A stretch of 63,864 bases of DNA, filler included, from Caldilineae bacterium (lineage in GTDB: Bacteria; Chloroflexota; Anaerolineae; DTLA01), in NCBI GenBank assembly GCA_037446815.1. It is 5 parts of 5 records of this genome, joined end to end, with 100 filler letters (N's around TTAATTAATTAA, not from the genome) between each part and the next. Parts side by side here need not be neighbours in the genome. Positions count along the whole stretch, not along the records: positions 44,635 to 59,116 come from JBBIHX010000064.1; positions 59,217 to 63,864 come from JBBIHX010000201.1; 3 more parts are not named here. One strand, written 5' to 3'. Under the pieces are notes generated by a model. That model was not told the DNA's origin. It searched no databases and worked only from the letters and a program-made list of their open reading frames with translations. The translations under genes were made by a program, and so were the position numbers. Shown here piece after piece: positions 52,357 to 61,228 of the stretch. Position 1 is the first letter of the stretch, and each line of letters starts with the position of its first letter.

Positions 52357-53355
52357 CTACGCCTGCGACGAGAGCACCCGTCGCGCCTTGGCCACCCAGT
52401 CGGGGTCGGCCAATTGCGCCCGCCCCACGGCGATGAGGTCCACCAGCCCGTCGCGTATGACGCGCTCCGCATAGTCGGGATCGCGCACGTTGCCCACGCC
52501 GATGGTGGGGATTCCGGCGGCGCGCCGCACCCTTGCCGCCAACAGAACGAAATAGCCCTGTTCGGTGAATCGGTCTCGGCCCGATCCTCCCAGGCCGCCC
52601 GACACGTCCAGGATGTCCACCCCCGCGCCGGCCAGAATCGGCGCGATGCGTTCGGCGTCGTCGGCGGTGATGCCGCCCGGCGTCAGGTCATCCGCCCCGA
52701 ACCGGTACAGCACCAGCATCGCCTGGCCGACGGCCTCTCGCACGGCGCGGATGACCTCGCAGGGGAATCGCAGGCGGTTTTCCAGCGAGCCGCCGTAGTC
52801 GTCGGTGCGGCGGTTGGTAACGGGGGACACGAACTGCCCCAGCAGGTAGCCATGCGCGCCGTGAATCTCCACCGCGTCAAAGCCGGCCTGCTGGGCGCGC
52901 CGCGCCGCATCGGCATAGTCGCGGGTGAGTTGCTGAATCTCCTCCCGCCGCAGCGCCCGCGGGGTCTCGGCGTCGCCGGGAACGGGGAGCGTCCACGCGC
53001 TGATGGGCTGGGCGCCGATGAGGTCGCGGGTTGTGCGCGCGCCGGCGTGAGTGATCTGAAGGCAGGCCACCGCGCCCGCCGCCTTGATGGTCTGGGCCAG
53101 CCGCGCCAAGCCGGGCACCAGCGTGTCGTCGTACACGCCCAACTGTCGGTCTGACATGCGGCCGTCGCGGCGGATGTACGTATGCTCCACGATGAGCAGG
53201 CCAGGCCCGTCCACGGCGATGGCCTCGTAGTGGCGCAGGTGCCAGTCGGTAACCTCGCCGCGCGGGGTGGCCCGCTCCGTCGCAATCGGCGGCATGACGA
53301 TGCGATTTCTCAGGCGGGTGCCTCGCACCTCCAAGGGATCAAACAGACTCGCCAT
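52357..53355 (-). CDS. NADH:flavin oxidoreductase (Old Yellow Enzyme family)
   Basis: LRNRIVMPP, EIHGAHGYLL, RRTDDYGGSLENR; RBS AAGGAGG. Confidence 0.92.
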   Translation of the reverse strand: MASLFDPLEVRGTRLRNRIVMPPIATERATPRGEVTDWHLRHYEAIAVDGPGLLIVEHTYIRRDGRMSDRQLGVYDDTLVPGLARLAQTIKAAGAVACLQITHAGARTTRDLIGAQPISAWTLPVPGDAETPRALRREEIQQLTRDYADAARRAQQAGFDAVEIHGAHGYLLGQFVSPVTNRRTDDYGGSLENRLRFPCEVIRAVREAVGQAMLVLYRFGADDLTPGGITADDAERIAPILAGAGVDILDVSGGLGGSGRDRFTEQGYFVLLAARVRRAAGIPTIGVGNVRDPDYAERVIRDGLVDLIAVGRAQLADPDWVAKARRVLSSQA

Positions 53356-53374
53356 AGCGCCCCTCCTTGGAAGC

Positions 53375-53403
53375 ATTATAGCGTCTCCTGCCGTGGGCGT
53401 CAA
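53375..53403 (-). promoter_or_regulatory. sigma70 promoter
   Basis: TTGACG-17-TATAAT. Confidence 0.7.
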
Positions 53404-53415
53404 TGGGTGCAGCAG

Positions 53416-53682
53416 GATTCGGTTCCAAAGTCCGTTGGCGCGCACTGTCATGATGAGCGTAGGGGCAACGCATGCGTCGCCCCAAAGGGCGAAGAATCCC
53501 GTAGAGCAAATTGCCAAATTTGCTCTACTTTGCCCAATCCGTGCCATCCGTGGATACAACGCCGGAGATGCTTCGCCTTCGGCTCAGTATGACAGGGGGA
53601 GGACAACGTGCGACGCACGTGAATGCCCTCACCCCAGCCCTCGCCCGCCGAGGCGGGAGAGGGGGCGCTTGTGTCATTCCGG
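53416..53682. repeat. MITE left end followed by a mosaic of GTAG-, ATCCGTG-, GTCAT- and CCCTC-type repeats
   Basis: gattcggttccaaagtccgttgg; gtaggggcaacgcatgcgtcgcccc; gtagagcaaattgccaaatttgctctac; ggctcagtatgaca; ccctcacccc. Confidence 0.75.
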
Positions 53683-53772
53683 TGGACACAATGCGCCCGT
53701 TGCGGAATGGCCCGCCTTGTGCACCTGCCCAGGCGAGGCTATAATAAGGCCAACTCGGCAAGGAGGATTGCC

Positions 53773-54144
53773 GTGGACGGAAGACAATTCACCGTGGGCG
53801 CAATCGTGTTCGCCCTCATCTGTTGGCTGACCCTGGCGGCGGTGGTCGTGGGGTTCTCGCCCGAAGAGCCGCTCATCTACCTGTTCTACGCCCTGCTGGG
53901 CCTCGGCGTCAGCAGCACGCTGATGCCCATCGTGTACTACCTGCACGTCCGATTCGGCGACGGCAGGGAGAACCCGCGCTGGTTCCGGTACATCCGCCAG
54001 AGCCTTTGGGTCGGCGCGCTGGCGGCATTCTACCTGTGGCTCAACACCCTGCGCGCGCTCAGCGTGCCGGCGCTTCTGCTCGGCATCTGCATCGCCGCCC
54101 TGGTGGAACTGATTATCCTGCGCCCAGCCAAGACGGAGGGATGA
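53773..54144 (+). CDS. Four-TM membrane protein directly upstream of selA
   Basis: RBS AAGGAGG and GTG start; four hydrophobic segments; stop 1 nt before selA ATG. Confidence 0.75.
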   Translation: MDGRQFTVGAIVFALICWLTLAAVVVGFSPEEPLIYLFYALLGLGVSSTLMPIVYYLHVRFGDGRENPRWFRYIRQSLWVGALAAFYLWLNTLRALSVPALLLGICIAALVELIILRPAKTEG

Positions 54145-54145
54145 T

Positions 54146-55534
54146 ATGGCCGACAAGAGCGCGTTGGAAGCCCGCCTGCGCCAACTTCCCAGCGTGGATC
54201 GGCTGCTCCAGGCCCCGCCGGTACAGGAGTGGATTGTGGCGTTCGGCCACGATTTGGTCGCCGAGGCGATTCGCGAGGCCCTGGACGAAGCGCGGGGCCG
54301 CGTGCTGGCGGGGGAGGAAACGCCCCCTGCGGCCTCGGTGCTGGCGGCTGCCGGCGCGCGTCTGGAGAGCATGGTAACGCCCACGCTGCAGCACGTGATC
54401 AACGCCACGGGCGTCGTCATCCACACCAACCTGGGCCGCGCCCCGTTGAGCCGCGCCGCGCGCGAGGCGATGGAGCGGGCCGCCCGCGGGTACACGAACC
54501 TGGAGTTTGACCTGGAGGCGGGCACGCGCGGGTCTCGCTACGTCCACGCCGTGGGGCTCCTGAAGCGGCTGACGGGCGCCGAGGACGCCCTCGTGGTGAA
54601 CAACAACGCGGGCGCGGTGCTGCTGGCCCTGAGCGCCCTGGCGGCGGGCCGCGAGGTCGTCATCTCCCGCGGCCAACTGGTGGAAATCGGGGGCGGATTT
54701 CGCATCCCCGACGTGATGCGCCAGAGCGGCGCGCGCCTGGTGGAAGTCGGCACCACCAACCGCACGACCGTGAAGGATTACGCCGGGGCCATCTCGGCGG
54801 AGACCGCGCTCCTCCTGCGCGTGCACACGAGCAACTTCCGCATCATCGGGTTCACGCACCAGCCGAGCCTGGCCGAACTGGTGGATTTAGGCCACAGCCG
54901 CGGCCTGTCGGTGATGGATGACCTCGGCAGCGGCACGCTGCTGGACACGGCGCAGTACGGCCTGGCCCACGAGCCGATGGTGCAGGAGAGCATCGCGGCG
55001 GGTGCGGACGTGGTTACCTTCAGCGGCGACAAGTTGCTGGGCGGGCCTCAGGCGGGGTACATCGTCGGCAGGCGCGACCTCATCGCCCGGATGCGGACGC
55101 ACCCGCTCACCCGCGCGCTGCGCGTGGACAAAGTGGCCATCGCGGGGATTGAGGCCACCCTGCGGCACTACCTGCTCAACGAGGCCACGCGCGAGGTCCC
55201 CGTCTGGCGCATGATCGCGACGCCCGCCGACACGCTGCGCAAGCGGGCGCGGGCCTGGGCGCGGCGATTGGCGGCTGCGGGCCTGGACGCGACCGTCATC
55301 CGCGGGCAGTCCACGGTCGGCGGGGGCTCCCTCCCAGGCGAGACGCTCCCCACCTGGCTGCTGGCCCTGGCGGTTCCTTCGCCCGATGGATTCGCCCGTG
55401 CGCTGCGCATGGGCAAGCCCGGCATCGTGCCGCGCATTGAAGAGGATCGCCTGCTGTTTGACCCGCGCACGGTCATGCCCGACGAGGACGAGGCGCTGCT
55501 CAAAGGCATCCTCGCGGCGTGGAGCGCCCTCTAG
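54146..55534 (+). CDS. selA: L-seryl-tRNA(Sec) selenium transferase
   Basis: VINATGVVIHTNLGRA, VNNNAGA, SRGQLVEIGGGFR, EVGTTN, FSGDKLLGGPQAG, GGGSLP. Confidence 0.97.
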   Translation: MADKSALEARLRQLPSVDRLLQAPPVQEWIVAFGHDLVAEAIREALDEARGRVLAGEETPPAASVLAAAGARLESMVTPTLQHVINATGVVIHTNLGRAPLSRAAREAMERAARGYTNLEFDLEAGTRGSRYVHAVGLLKRLTGAEDALVVNNNAGAVLLALSALAAGREVVISRGQLVEIGGGFRIPDVMRQSGARLVEVGTTNRTTVKDYAGAISAETALLLRVHTSNFRIIGFTHQPSLAELVDLGHSRGLSVMDDLGSGTLLDTAQYGLAHEPMVQESIAAGADVVTFSGDKLLGGPQAGYIVGRRDLIARMRTHPLTRALRVDKVAIAGIEATLRHYLLNEATREVPVWRMIATPADTLRKRARAWARRLAAAGLDATVIRGQSTVGGGSLPGETLPTWLLALAVPSPDGFARALRMGKPGIVPRIEEDRLLFDPRTVMPDEDEALLKGILAAWSAL

Positions 55535-55546
55535 CGGCGCGGCTGG

Positions 55547-56503
55547 CTAGGGCTTGGCCAGCGAGTCCAGCCACGCGCGGATTTCGGGATCGTCGGCGAA
55601 GTCCGCGCCCAGGGCAATCGTCTTGCCGCTGTACGATACGACCTCTCCCGCCTCGTTGACGTGCAAGGTCAATTGCCCAATCCACTCGCCCTGGTAGCCC
55701 GCCTGGACGAGGATCGTGCCATGCGTGGGCTCGCGAAACGGCTCGGGCAGCAGCACGCCCGGATTGCCGCCCACAATCGCGGCAATGCCCGGAACACTCG
55801 CGGCGAGTTCCCGGTCCTGCTGGAACCCCAGATTTGAGCAGACGATGATGATGTCGGCCTGGCCGGCCAGGTCCGACATGGTGCGGCGCACCGATTCCAC
55901 CGGGTCTGCGACCAGCACCGGCACGCGATTGCCCGGCGGCAGAAACGCCAGCAGGTTCTTGCTGGTAACCCCGATGACCGCAACGCGGTGCCCGGCCATC
56001 TCCTTGATGACATAGGGCCGCGCGAACAGCGTGTTGGTGCCGCCCACGTACACATTCGCCGAGAGCACAGCAAACCGCGCCTCGCCCATGCGCGCCTTGA
56101 TGATGTCAGGCCCCCAGCGGAAGTCCTGATCGCCCAGGGTCATGGCGTCGTACCCCAGGCGGTTCATGCCCTCAATCATCACCGCGCCTTCGGTGGAGGC
56201 GGTAAGCAACTGGTCGGTCGTGAGCGCGTTGCCGGCATCCAGCAGGAGGACGTGGGGATACTGCTCCCGCGTCTGACGGATAAAGGTGGCCCGACGGGCC
56301 AACCCGCCCTTGGGGGGCCGTCAGCCGCATGGCTCGGTGAAGCCGCGCACGTCGTTGGTGTGCAGGATGACGAGGTCAAAGGCCTGGGGCGACTGGGTGG
56401 GCGTCGCCGTGGGAGCAGGGGTTTGGGAGCCGCTCCCGCAGGCTGACAGCAGCAGCGCGGCGGCCACAAGCAGCACGATGGCGCGAAGCAGGGTTCTACG
56501 CAC
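55547..56503 (-). CDS. Putative selenoprotein lipoprotein, UshA/5'-nucleotidase N-terminal-like fold, Sec at UGA 56323-56321 (C-G-U)
   Basis: Two track ORFs in one frame: ...ILHTNDVRGFTEPCG-TGA-RPPKGGLARRAT...LLDAG; LSAC lipobox; downstream hairpin; adjacent selA. Confidence 0.82.
56273..56324 (-). promoter_or_regulatory. Candidate bacterial SECIS element
   Basis: CTGACGG pairs with CCGTCAG; inner stem TGGCCC-GTC-GGGCCA with loop G about 26 nt after UGA. Confidence 0.6.
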
Positions 56504-56536
56504 GTTGGCTCTCCCTTGCCAAAAGGTGTGGCTGGA

Positions 56537-56565
56537 ACTATACGACAGAGGCGCGAGGGTGTCAA
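56537..56565 (-). promoter_or_regulatory. sigma70 promoter of the selenoprotein gene
   Basis: TTGACA-17-TATAGT. Confidence 0.7.
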
Positions 56566-56580
56566 TTCGGCTTCGGGCGC

Positions 56581-56730
56581 GACTCGGTTCCAAAGTCTGT
56601 TGGTATTTGTCATTGCGAGGGCGCGGAGCGCCCGAAGCAATCTCTGGGGCGTGAGGTTGCTTCGCTTCGCTCGCAACGACACATGAAGAGAGTGTACATG
56701 CGGTTCACCAACGCAAGATGAAACCGACTC
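56581..56730. mobile_element. 150-bp MITE copy with perfect 8-bp TSD
   Basis: tcgggcgc | gactcggttcca...tgaaaccgactc | tcgggcgc. Confidence 0.92.
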
Positions 56731-56743
56731 TCGGGCGCGCATT

Positions 56744-56968
56744 CCCTCACCCCAACCCGCTCCCGCCACGGCGGGCGAGGGGGCGATGGGGCCATTCTGA
56801 AGCGCGGCGCGAAGCCCCCCATCCGCGCCATCCGCGTTATCCGTGGATCCTCTCCTGCGGGGGACCACCGGCTGGTCACCCCGATGTGCTCGCAACCGTC
56901 ATTCTGCGCGGCGAAGCGCCTCAGAATGACAGTTCGTGTAACCGCGAATAGCACGAATCTACGCGAAC
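56744..56968. repeat. Repeat mosaic
   Basis: ccctcacccc unit, atccgcgccatccgcgttatccgtggat, gtcattctg...cagaatgac, cgaatagcacgaatctacgcgaa. Confidence 0.7.
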
Positions 56969-57111
56969 AGGACCGGTATCCACGCATGACACACATCGGG
57001 CGGATAGTGGGGATGCGCGATTGCTGCGGGGACAGGATCTTGCGCGCAAGCCCGATGGGTGCTACAATCGGGCGGCTTCGCTCGGAGCAATGGCGCGCAA
57101 GGAGGAAGATC

Positions 57112-58218
57112 ATGAAGAAGATGTTCATCGTCGGCCCCGTGGATGTCTTTGACGACGTGCTGGCCGTGATGGGCGAGCAGGTCATAGCCCATTACGGGGA
57201 TGACTTCGTGCGCCTCTACACCGATACGCAGAACCTGCTTCGCCACGTCCTGGGCGCTTCGGGGGATGTCTTCCTGATGTCCGGGCCCGGGACGGCGGGC
57301 CTGGACGCCTGCATGGGCAGCCTGCTGCGGACGGGCGAGAAGGTGCTCATCCCCGTCAGCGGCTTCTTCAGCGATCGCCTCGTCGCTGTGGCGAAGGGGT
57401 CGGGGCTGGAGCCCGTCGTGGAGGAATTTGAGTGGGGCACGCCGGTAGCCCCCGAGCGGCTGCGAAAGCGGCTTGCCGGCGACAAGGGCATTGCGGCCGT
57501 GGCCTTCGTGCACCATGAAACCTCCACGGGCGTCCTCAACCCGCTGGAGGAGATCGTCGGCGCGGCCCACGACTTCGGCGTGCCGGTCATCGTGGACGCC
57601 GTGGCGTCGGCAGGCGGCGTTCCGGTGGACGTGGACCGCCTGGGGATTGAGTTTCTGGTAACCGTGGCGAACAAGGCGTTGGAAGCGCCGCCCGGCCTGT
57701 CCATCGTCTCGGTGAGCAAGCGGGCGTGGGAGTTGATGGACAAAGGCGGCCCGCGCAATCACGGCTGGTACCTGGACCTGCGCACCTGGCGCGACTACGC
57801 CACTCGGTGGGCCGACTGGCACCCCTTCCCCGTTACGCTGCCCACCAGCGTCGTGCGGGCGTTGCACGTCGCGCTGCTCCGCATCCAGCGCGAGGGGCTG
57901 GATCACCACTTCGCCCGATTCGCCAGGGCCGCCGAGCAGGTTCGGCAGGGACTTCGCGAGATGGGGTTCTCCATGCTGGTGGAGGGGCGCTATGCGTGCC
58001 CGGTGGTGTCGGCGGTGCGGGCGCGGCCCGAGTTCCCGGTGTCCGAGATGGCCGCCTATCTGGAACGCGAGCGCGGGCTCATGATCGCAGGCGGCATCGG
58101 CCCGCTCAAGGGCAAGATCTTCCGCATCGGGCATATGGGCAAGGCCACGACGCAGGAGTACATTGACGAATTGCTGGCAGCGGTGCGCGACTTCTTGCGA
58201 CTCAAGGGATTGGCGTAG
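57112..58218 (+). CDS. Class V PLP aminotransferase (alanine-glyoxylate/serine-pyruvate type)
   Basis: VHHETSTGVLN, IVDAVAS, ANKAL, FRIGHMG; RBS AAGGAGG. Confidence 0.9.
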   Translation: MKKMFIVGPVDVFDDVLAVMGEQVIAHYGDDFVRLYTDTQNLLRHVLGASGDVFLMSGPGTAGLDACMGSLLRTGEKVLIPVSGFFSDRLVAVAKGSGLEPVVEEFEWGTPVAPERLRKRLAGDKGIAAVAFVHHETSTGVLNPLEEIVGAAHDFGVPVIVDAVASAGGVPVDVDRLGIEFLVTVANKALEAPPGLSIVSVSKRAWELMDKGGPRNHGWYLDLRTWRDYATRWADWHPFPVTLPTSVVRALHVALLRIQREGLDHHFARFARAAEQVRQGLREMGFSMLVEGRYACPVVSAVRARPEFPVSEMAAYLERERGLMIAGGIGPLKGKIFRIGHMGKATTQEYIDELLAAVRDFLRLKGLA

Positions 58219-58257
58219 CCGATTCCGACACCGATTGGGGGGCCAAACGCGGCCCCC

Positions 58258-58980
58258 TTATGATTTGCGCCTCCCGATGCTCGCGGCGACGCGGTCCACC
58301 CACGCCTCCAACCGTCGGCGGTAGGCGAGCACGGGCACCGCGAGGCCCAGCGCACCCGCCCCCAACGCGGCCCATTGTCCCGCAGTCAGGCTGGCCGACA
58401 CATGGCCCATCCATGCGGAAGCCAGCAGGCTTGGGAATCGCCCGATGGCCGCCAAGAGCATCAGCAGCGCGATGGGGACATTGGTCAGGCCCGCCAGGAT
58501 GCTGATGGAGTCGTCGGGCACGAAGGGGAGCAGGAACAGCAGGAAGAATGTCGCCGGCCCGGCGCGCTGCACCAGGGCGTCAAATCGGGCCAGGTGCGCG
58601 GGCGGCACGACGCGTTCCACAAACGGCCTCCCCAGTTTCCGCGTCAGGCTCATCAAGACCCACGCCCCCAGCAGGACGCCGATGAGGCTGTACACCGTGC
58701 CCCAGAGCGGGCCGAACAGGTAGCCGGAGACCAGCCCCACCACCTGGCCGGGCAGCGGCGCGAGGACCACCTGCGCGGCCTGCAACGCGATGAGGGCGAG
58801 CGGCCCCGCCCACCCGAACGCCGCCACCCATTGGCGGAGCCTGTCCTGCTCGGAGACGAGTTCCAGCAGGGGCCGCCAGAAGCGAAGGAGCAGCGCGGCC
58901 ACCACGAGCACCGCGATTCCCCACGCGGCCACCCGCAGGGCGCGCTTCGTCCACCGAGGGGCTTCCTGTCGTGTGTCCAT
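58258..58980 (-). CDS. TVP38/TMEM64 (DedA/VTT) membrane protein
   Basis: QVVLAPLPG, GYLFGPLWG, LLPFVPDD, AGLT. Confidence 0.85.
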   Translation of the reverse strand: MDTRQEAPRWTKRALRVAAWGIAVLVVAALLLRFWRPLLELVSEQDRLRQWVAAFGWAGPLALIALQAAQVVLAPLPGQVVGLVSGYLFGPLWGTVYSLIGVLLGAWVLMSLTRKLGRPFVERVVPPAHLARFDALVQRAGPATFFLLFLLPFVPDDSISILAGLTNVPIALLMLLAAIGRFPSLLASAWMGHVSASLTAGQWAALGAGALGLAVPVLAYRRRLEAWVDRVAASIGRRKS

Positions 58981-59062
58981 GCCTGTAGTGTAAAACGCGG
59001 GGCGGCATGTCGTCAACATCGGGCTGGCAGGGCGAGGCCCCGCGGGCAGGGCCGCCTGGATC

Positions 59063-59116
59063 GAGTCGGTTCCAAAGTTTGTTGGTGGCTGTCATTGCGA
59101 GGGCACGCAGTGCCCG
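59063..59116. mobile_element. MITE left part at scaffold end
   Basis: gagtcggttccaaagtttgttggt...gtcattgcgagggcacgcagtgcccg. Confidence 0.8.
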
Positions 59117-59216
59117 NNNNNNNNNNNNNNNNNNNNNNNNNNNNNNNNNNNNNNNNNNNNTTAATTAATTAANNNNNNNNNNNNNNNNNNNNNNNNNNNN
59201 NNNNNNNNNNNNNNNN
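59117..59216. other. Artificial scaffold linker
   Basis: N44-TTAATTAATTAA-N44. Confidence 0.95.
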
Positions 59217-59289
59217 TGCTTCGCTTCGCTCGCAACGACACACGAGGAGAGTGTCCTTGCGCTTCACCAACACGAGATGAAACCGACTC
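59217..59289. mobile_element. MITE right part at start of next scaffold
   Basis: ctcgcaacgacacacgaggagagtg...ccaacacgagatgaaaccgactc. Confidence 0.8.
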
Positions 59290-59527
59290 CGAGCCGTTGC
59301 GGGCCAGGCAACTTCTTGGGGTTGTATCCACGAATAACACGAATCTACACGAATAGGCCACGGACGACGCGCCTCGGAGGTGCCTCGCACGTTGTCCCCC
59401 ACTCGCCTCCCCCAGCGTTTCCTATCGCGGCCGCCGGTGTTTACAGATGCGAGCGATTCCGCTATACTCGCCCCACCGTTGGGTGGTAGTCTGTCCGTTC
59501 TTCGCACACGCTGAGGAGGAAGGTCGG

Positions 59528-60957
59528 ATGAAGAAAATCCACTGGTACGACTACATCACGGTCAACATCTACTGGCTCGGCTTGACCACGGTCTCCCAGA
59601 GTTTCTCCATCATCATCCCGCTCATCGTGCAGCGGTTCGTTACCGCGGAGGAACAGGGCGGGGCCTACGGCACGATTCGTCTGTATACCCTCATGGTGGC
59701 CCTTCTCGCCCAGGCCCTGTTCGGGATGCTCTCCGATCGCAGCACCTTGCGATGGGGACGCCGCCGCCCGTTTATCTTGCTGGGCACGCTAGGCAACATC
59801 CTGGCCATCATCGCCGTTGGGGCCTCTCCCTCGTACTGGTTCCTGTTCGGAGCACTGGTCTTCTCGCAGATCGCATCCAACGCGGCCCACGGCGCGGAGC
59901 AAGGTCTCATCCCCGACCTGGTGCCCGAGGCGTATCGGGGGCGGTTTTCGGGCGTCAAGGCGATGATGGACCTGCTGCCGGTCATCATCGTCGCCCTGAC
60001 GGTTGGCCCGCTGGTAGCCAAAGGCCAGATGTGGACGGGCATTTTCATTGCGGTGGGCATCCTATTCACGGCCATGGCCATCACCATGCTGGTGCGCGAG
60101 GAGCCGCTACGGGAGCCGCCTGGCCCCCTGAACTGGGAGCCGTTCCTGCGACTCGTGGCCATGACGGCGGTCTTCCTGCTGATCATCCTGGGCCTGGGGG
60201 CGGCGGCGCGGTGGGTAGGCACGCAGGTGGTCGGAGTGCAGTCGGTGCCGCTGCTCATGCTCATCATGGGCGCGGTGGGGGCGCTGGCCATCGCGGGGGC
60301 GGTGATTGTGGGCGTATGGGCTAGTGTCCGCATCAGCATCGGCGGCGAAAATGCGCGGCGCTATCCCTCGTTCGCATGGTGGGTAGTGAACCGTTTGGCC
60401 TTCCTTGTCGGCACGACGAACCTCTCCGGGTTCGCCGTCTACTTCCTTCAGTCGCGGTTGGGCTTCCCGGGCGAAACGGCGGCCAAACCCGCGTCGCAGT
60501 TGATGATGGTGGTGGGCATCCTCATCCTGCTGTGCGCACTGCCCAGCGGGTGGCTGGCCGACCGCGTCGGGCGCAAGCGGCTGGTGGCGGCGAGCGGCAT
60601 CATCGCAGCGCTGGGCGCGCTGGTGCTCATCCTCGCCCCCAACATGACGGTCATCTACGTCGGCGGGTGCATTGTCGGCGCGGCCACGGGCATGTTCTTC
60701 ACCACCAACTGGGCGCTGGGCACCGACATCGTGCCCAAGGAAGAAGCCGGCAAGTACCTGGGCATCTCCAACCTGGCCGGGGCAGGGGCAGGAGCCGTCG
60801 GCGGATACATCGGCGGCCCCATCGCGGACTACTTCACCAAGAACGTCCCGCAATCGCCGGGCATCGGCTATGTGCTCATCTTCGCCATCTACGGGTTCAT
60901 GTTCCTGGTGTCGGCCCTCGTCCTGACGCGGGTCCGGGAGGAGTGGAAGGCGAAGGC
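59528..60957 (+). CDS. MFS transporter (3' end runs into N gap)
   Basis: GMLSDRSTLRWGRRRPF, GWLADRVGRK; RBS GAGGAGG. Confidence 0.85.
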
Positions 60958-61057
60958 NNNNNNNNNNNNNNNNNNNNNNNNNNNNNNNNNNNNNNNNNNN
61001 NNNNNNNNNNNNNNNNNNNNNNNNNNNNNNNNNNNNNNNNNNNNNNNNNNNNNNNNN

Positions 61058-61206
61058 CCCTCACCCCGGCCACTCGCTGCGGGCGAGGGAGCGTCCCCCT
61101 CACCCCAGCCCTCTCCCGACGGGCGAGGGTGTGGTCTGTCATCCTGTGGGGCGAAGCCCCGAAGAATCTCACCCCCTACCCGCGCAATCCGCGCAATCCG
61201 TGGATA
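61058..61206. repeat. Repeat mosaic
   Basis: Two ccctcacccc units, tgtcatcctg...gaagaatctc, ccgcgcaatccgcgcaatccgtggat. Confidence 0.7.
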
Positions 61207-61228
61207 CAATCCCACGGGACGCTTGGCT

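Noticed and set aside
53404..57111. tRNA-Sec (selC) near selA
   Set aside because: No cloverleaf with a UCA anticodon is visible; the spacers are repeat mosaics.
57112..58980. Aminotransferase V plus DedA as selenocysteine lyase and selenite transporter next to selA
   Set aside because: The enzyme has AGXT-type motifs and lacks the recognisable desulfurase Cys loop; the genes are separately transcribed, so proximity alone is insufficient.
59063..59289. One intact MITE spanning the gap
   Set aside because: The gap is an artificial linker and the flanks (cctggatc / cgagccgt) do not form a TSD; these are two separate half copies.
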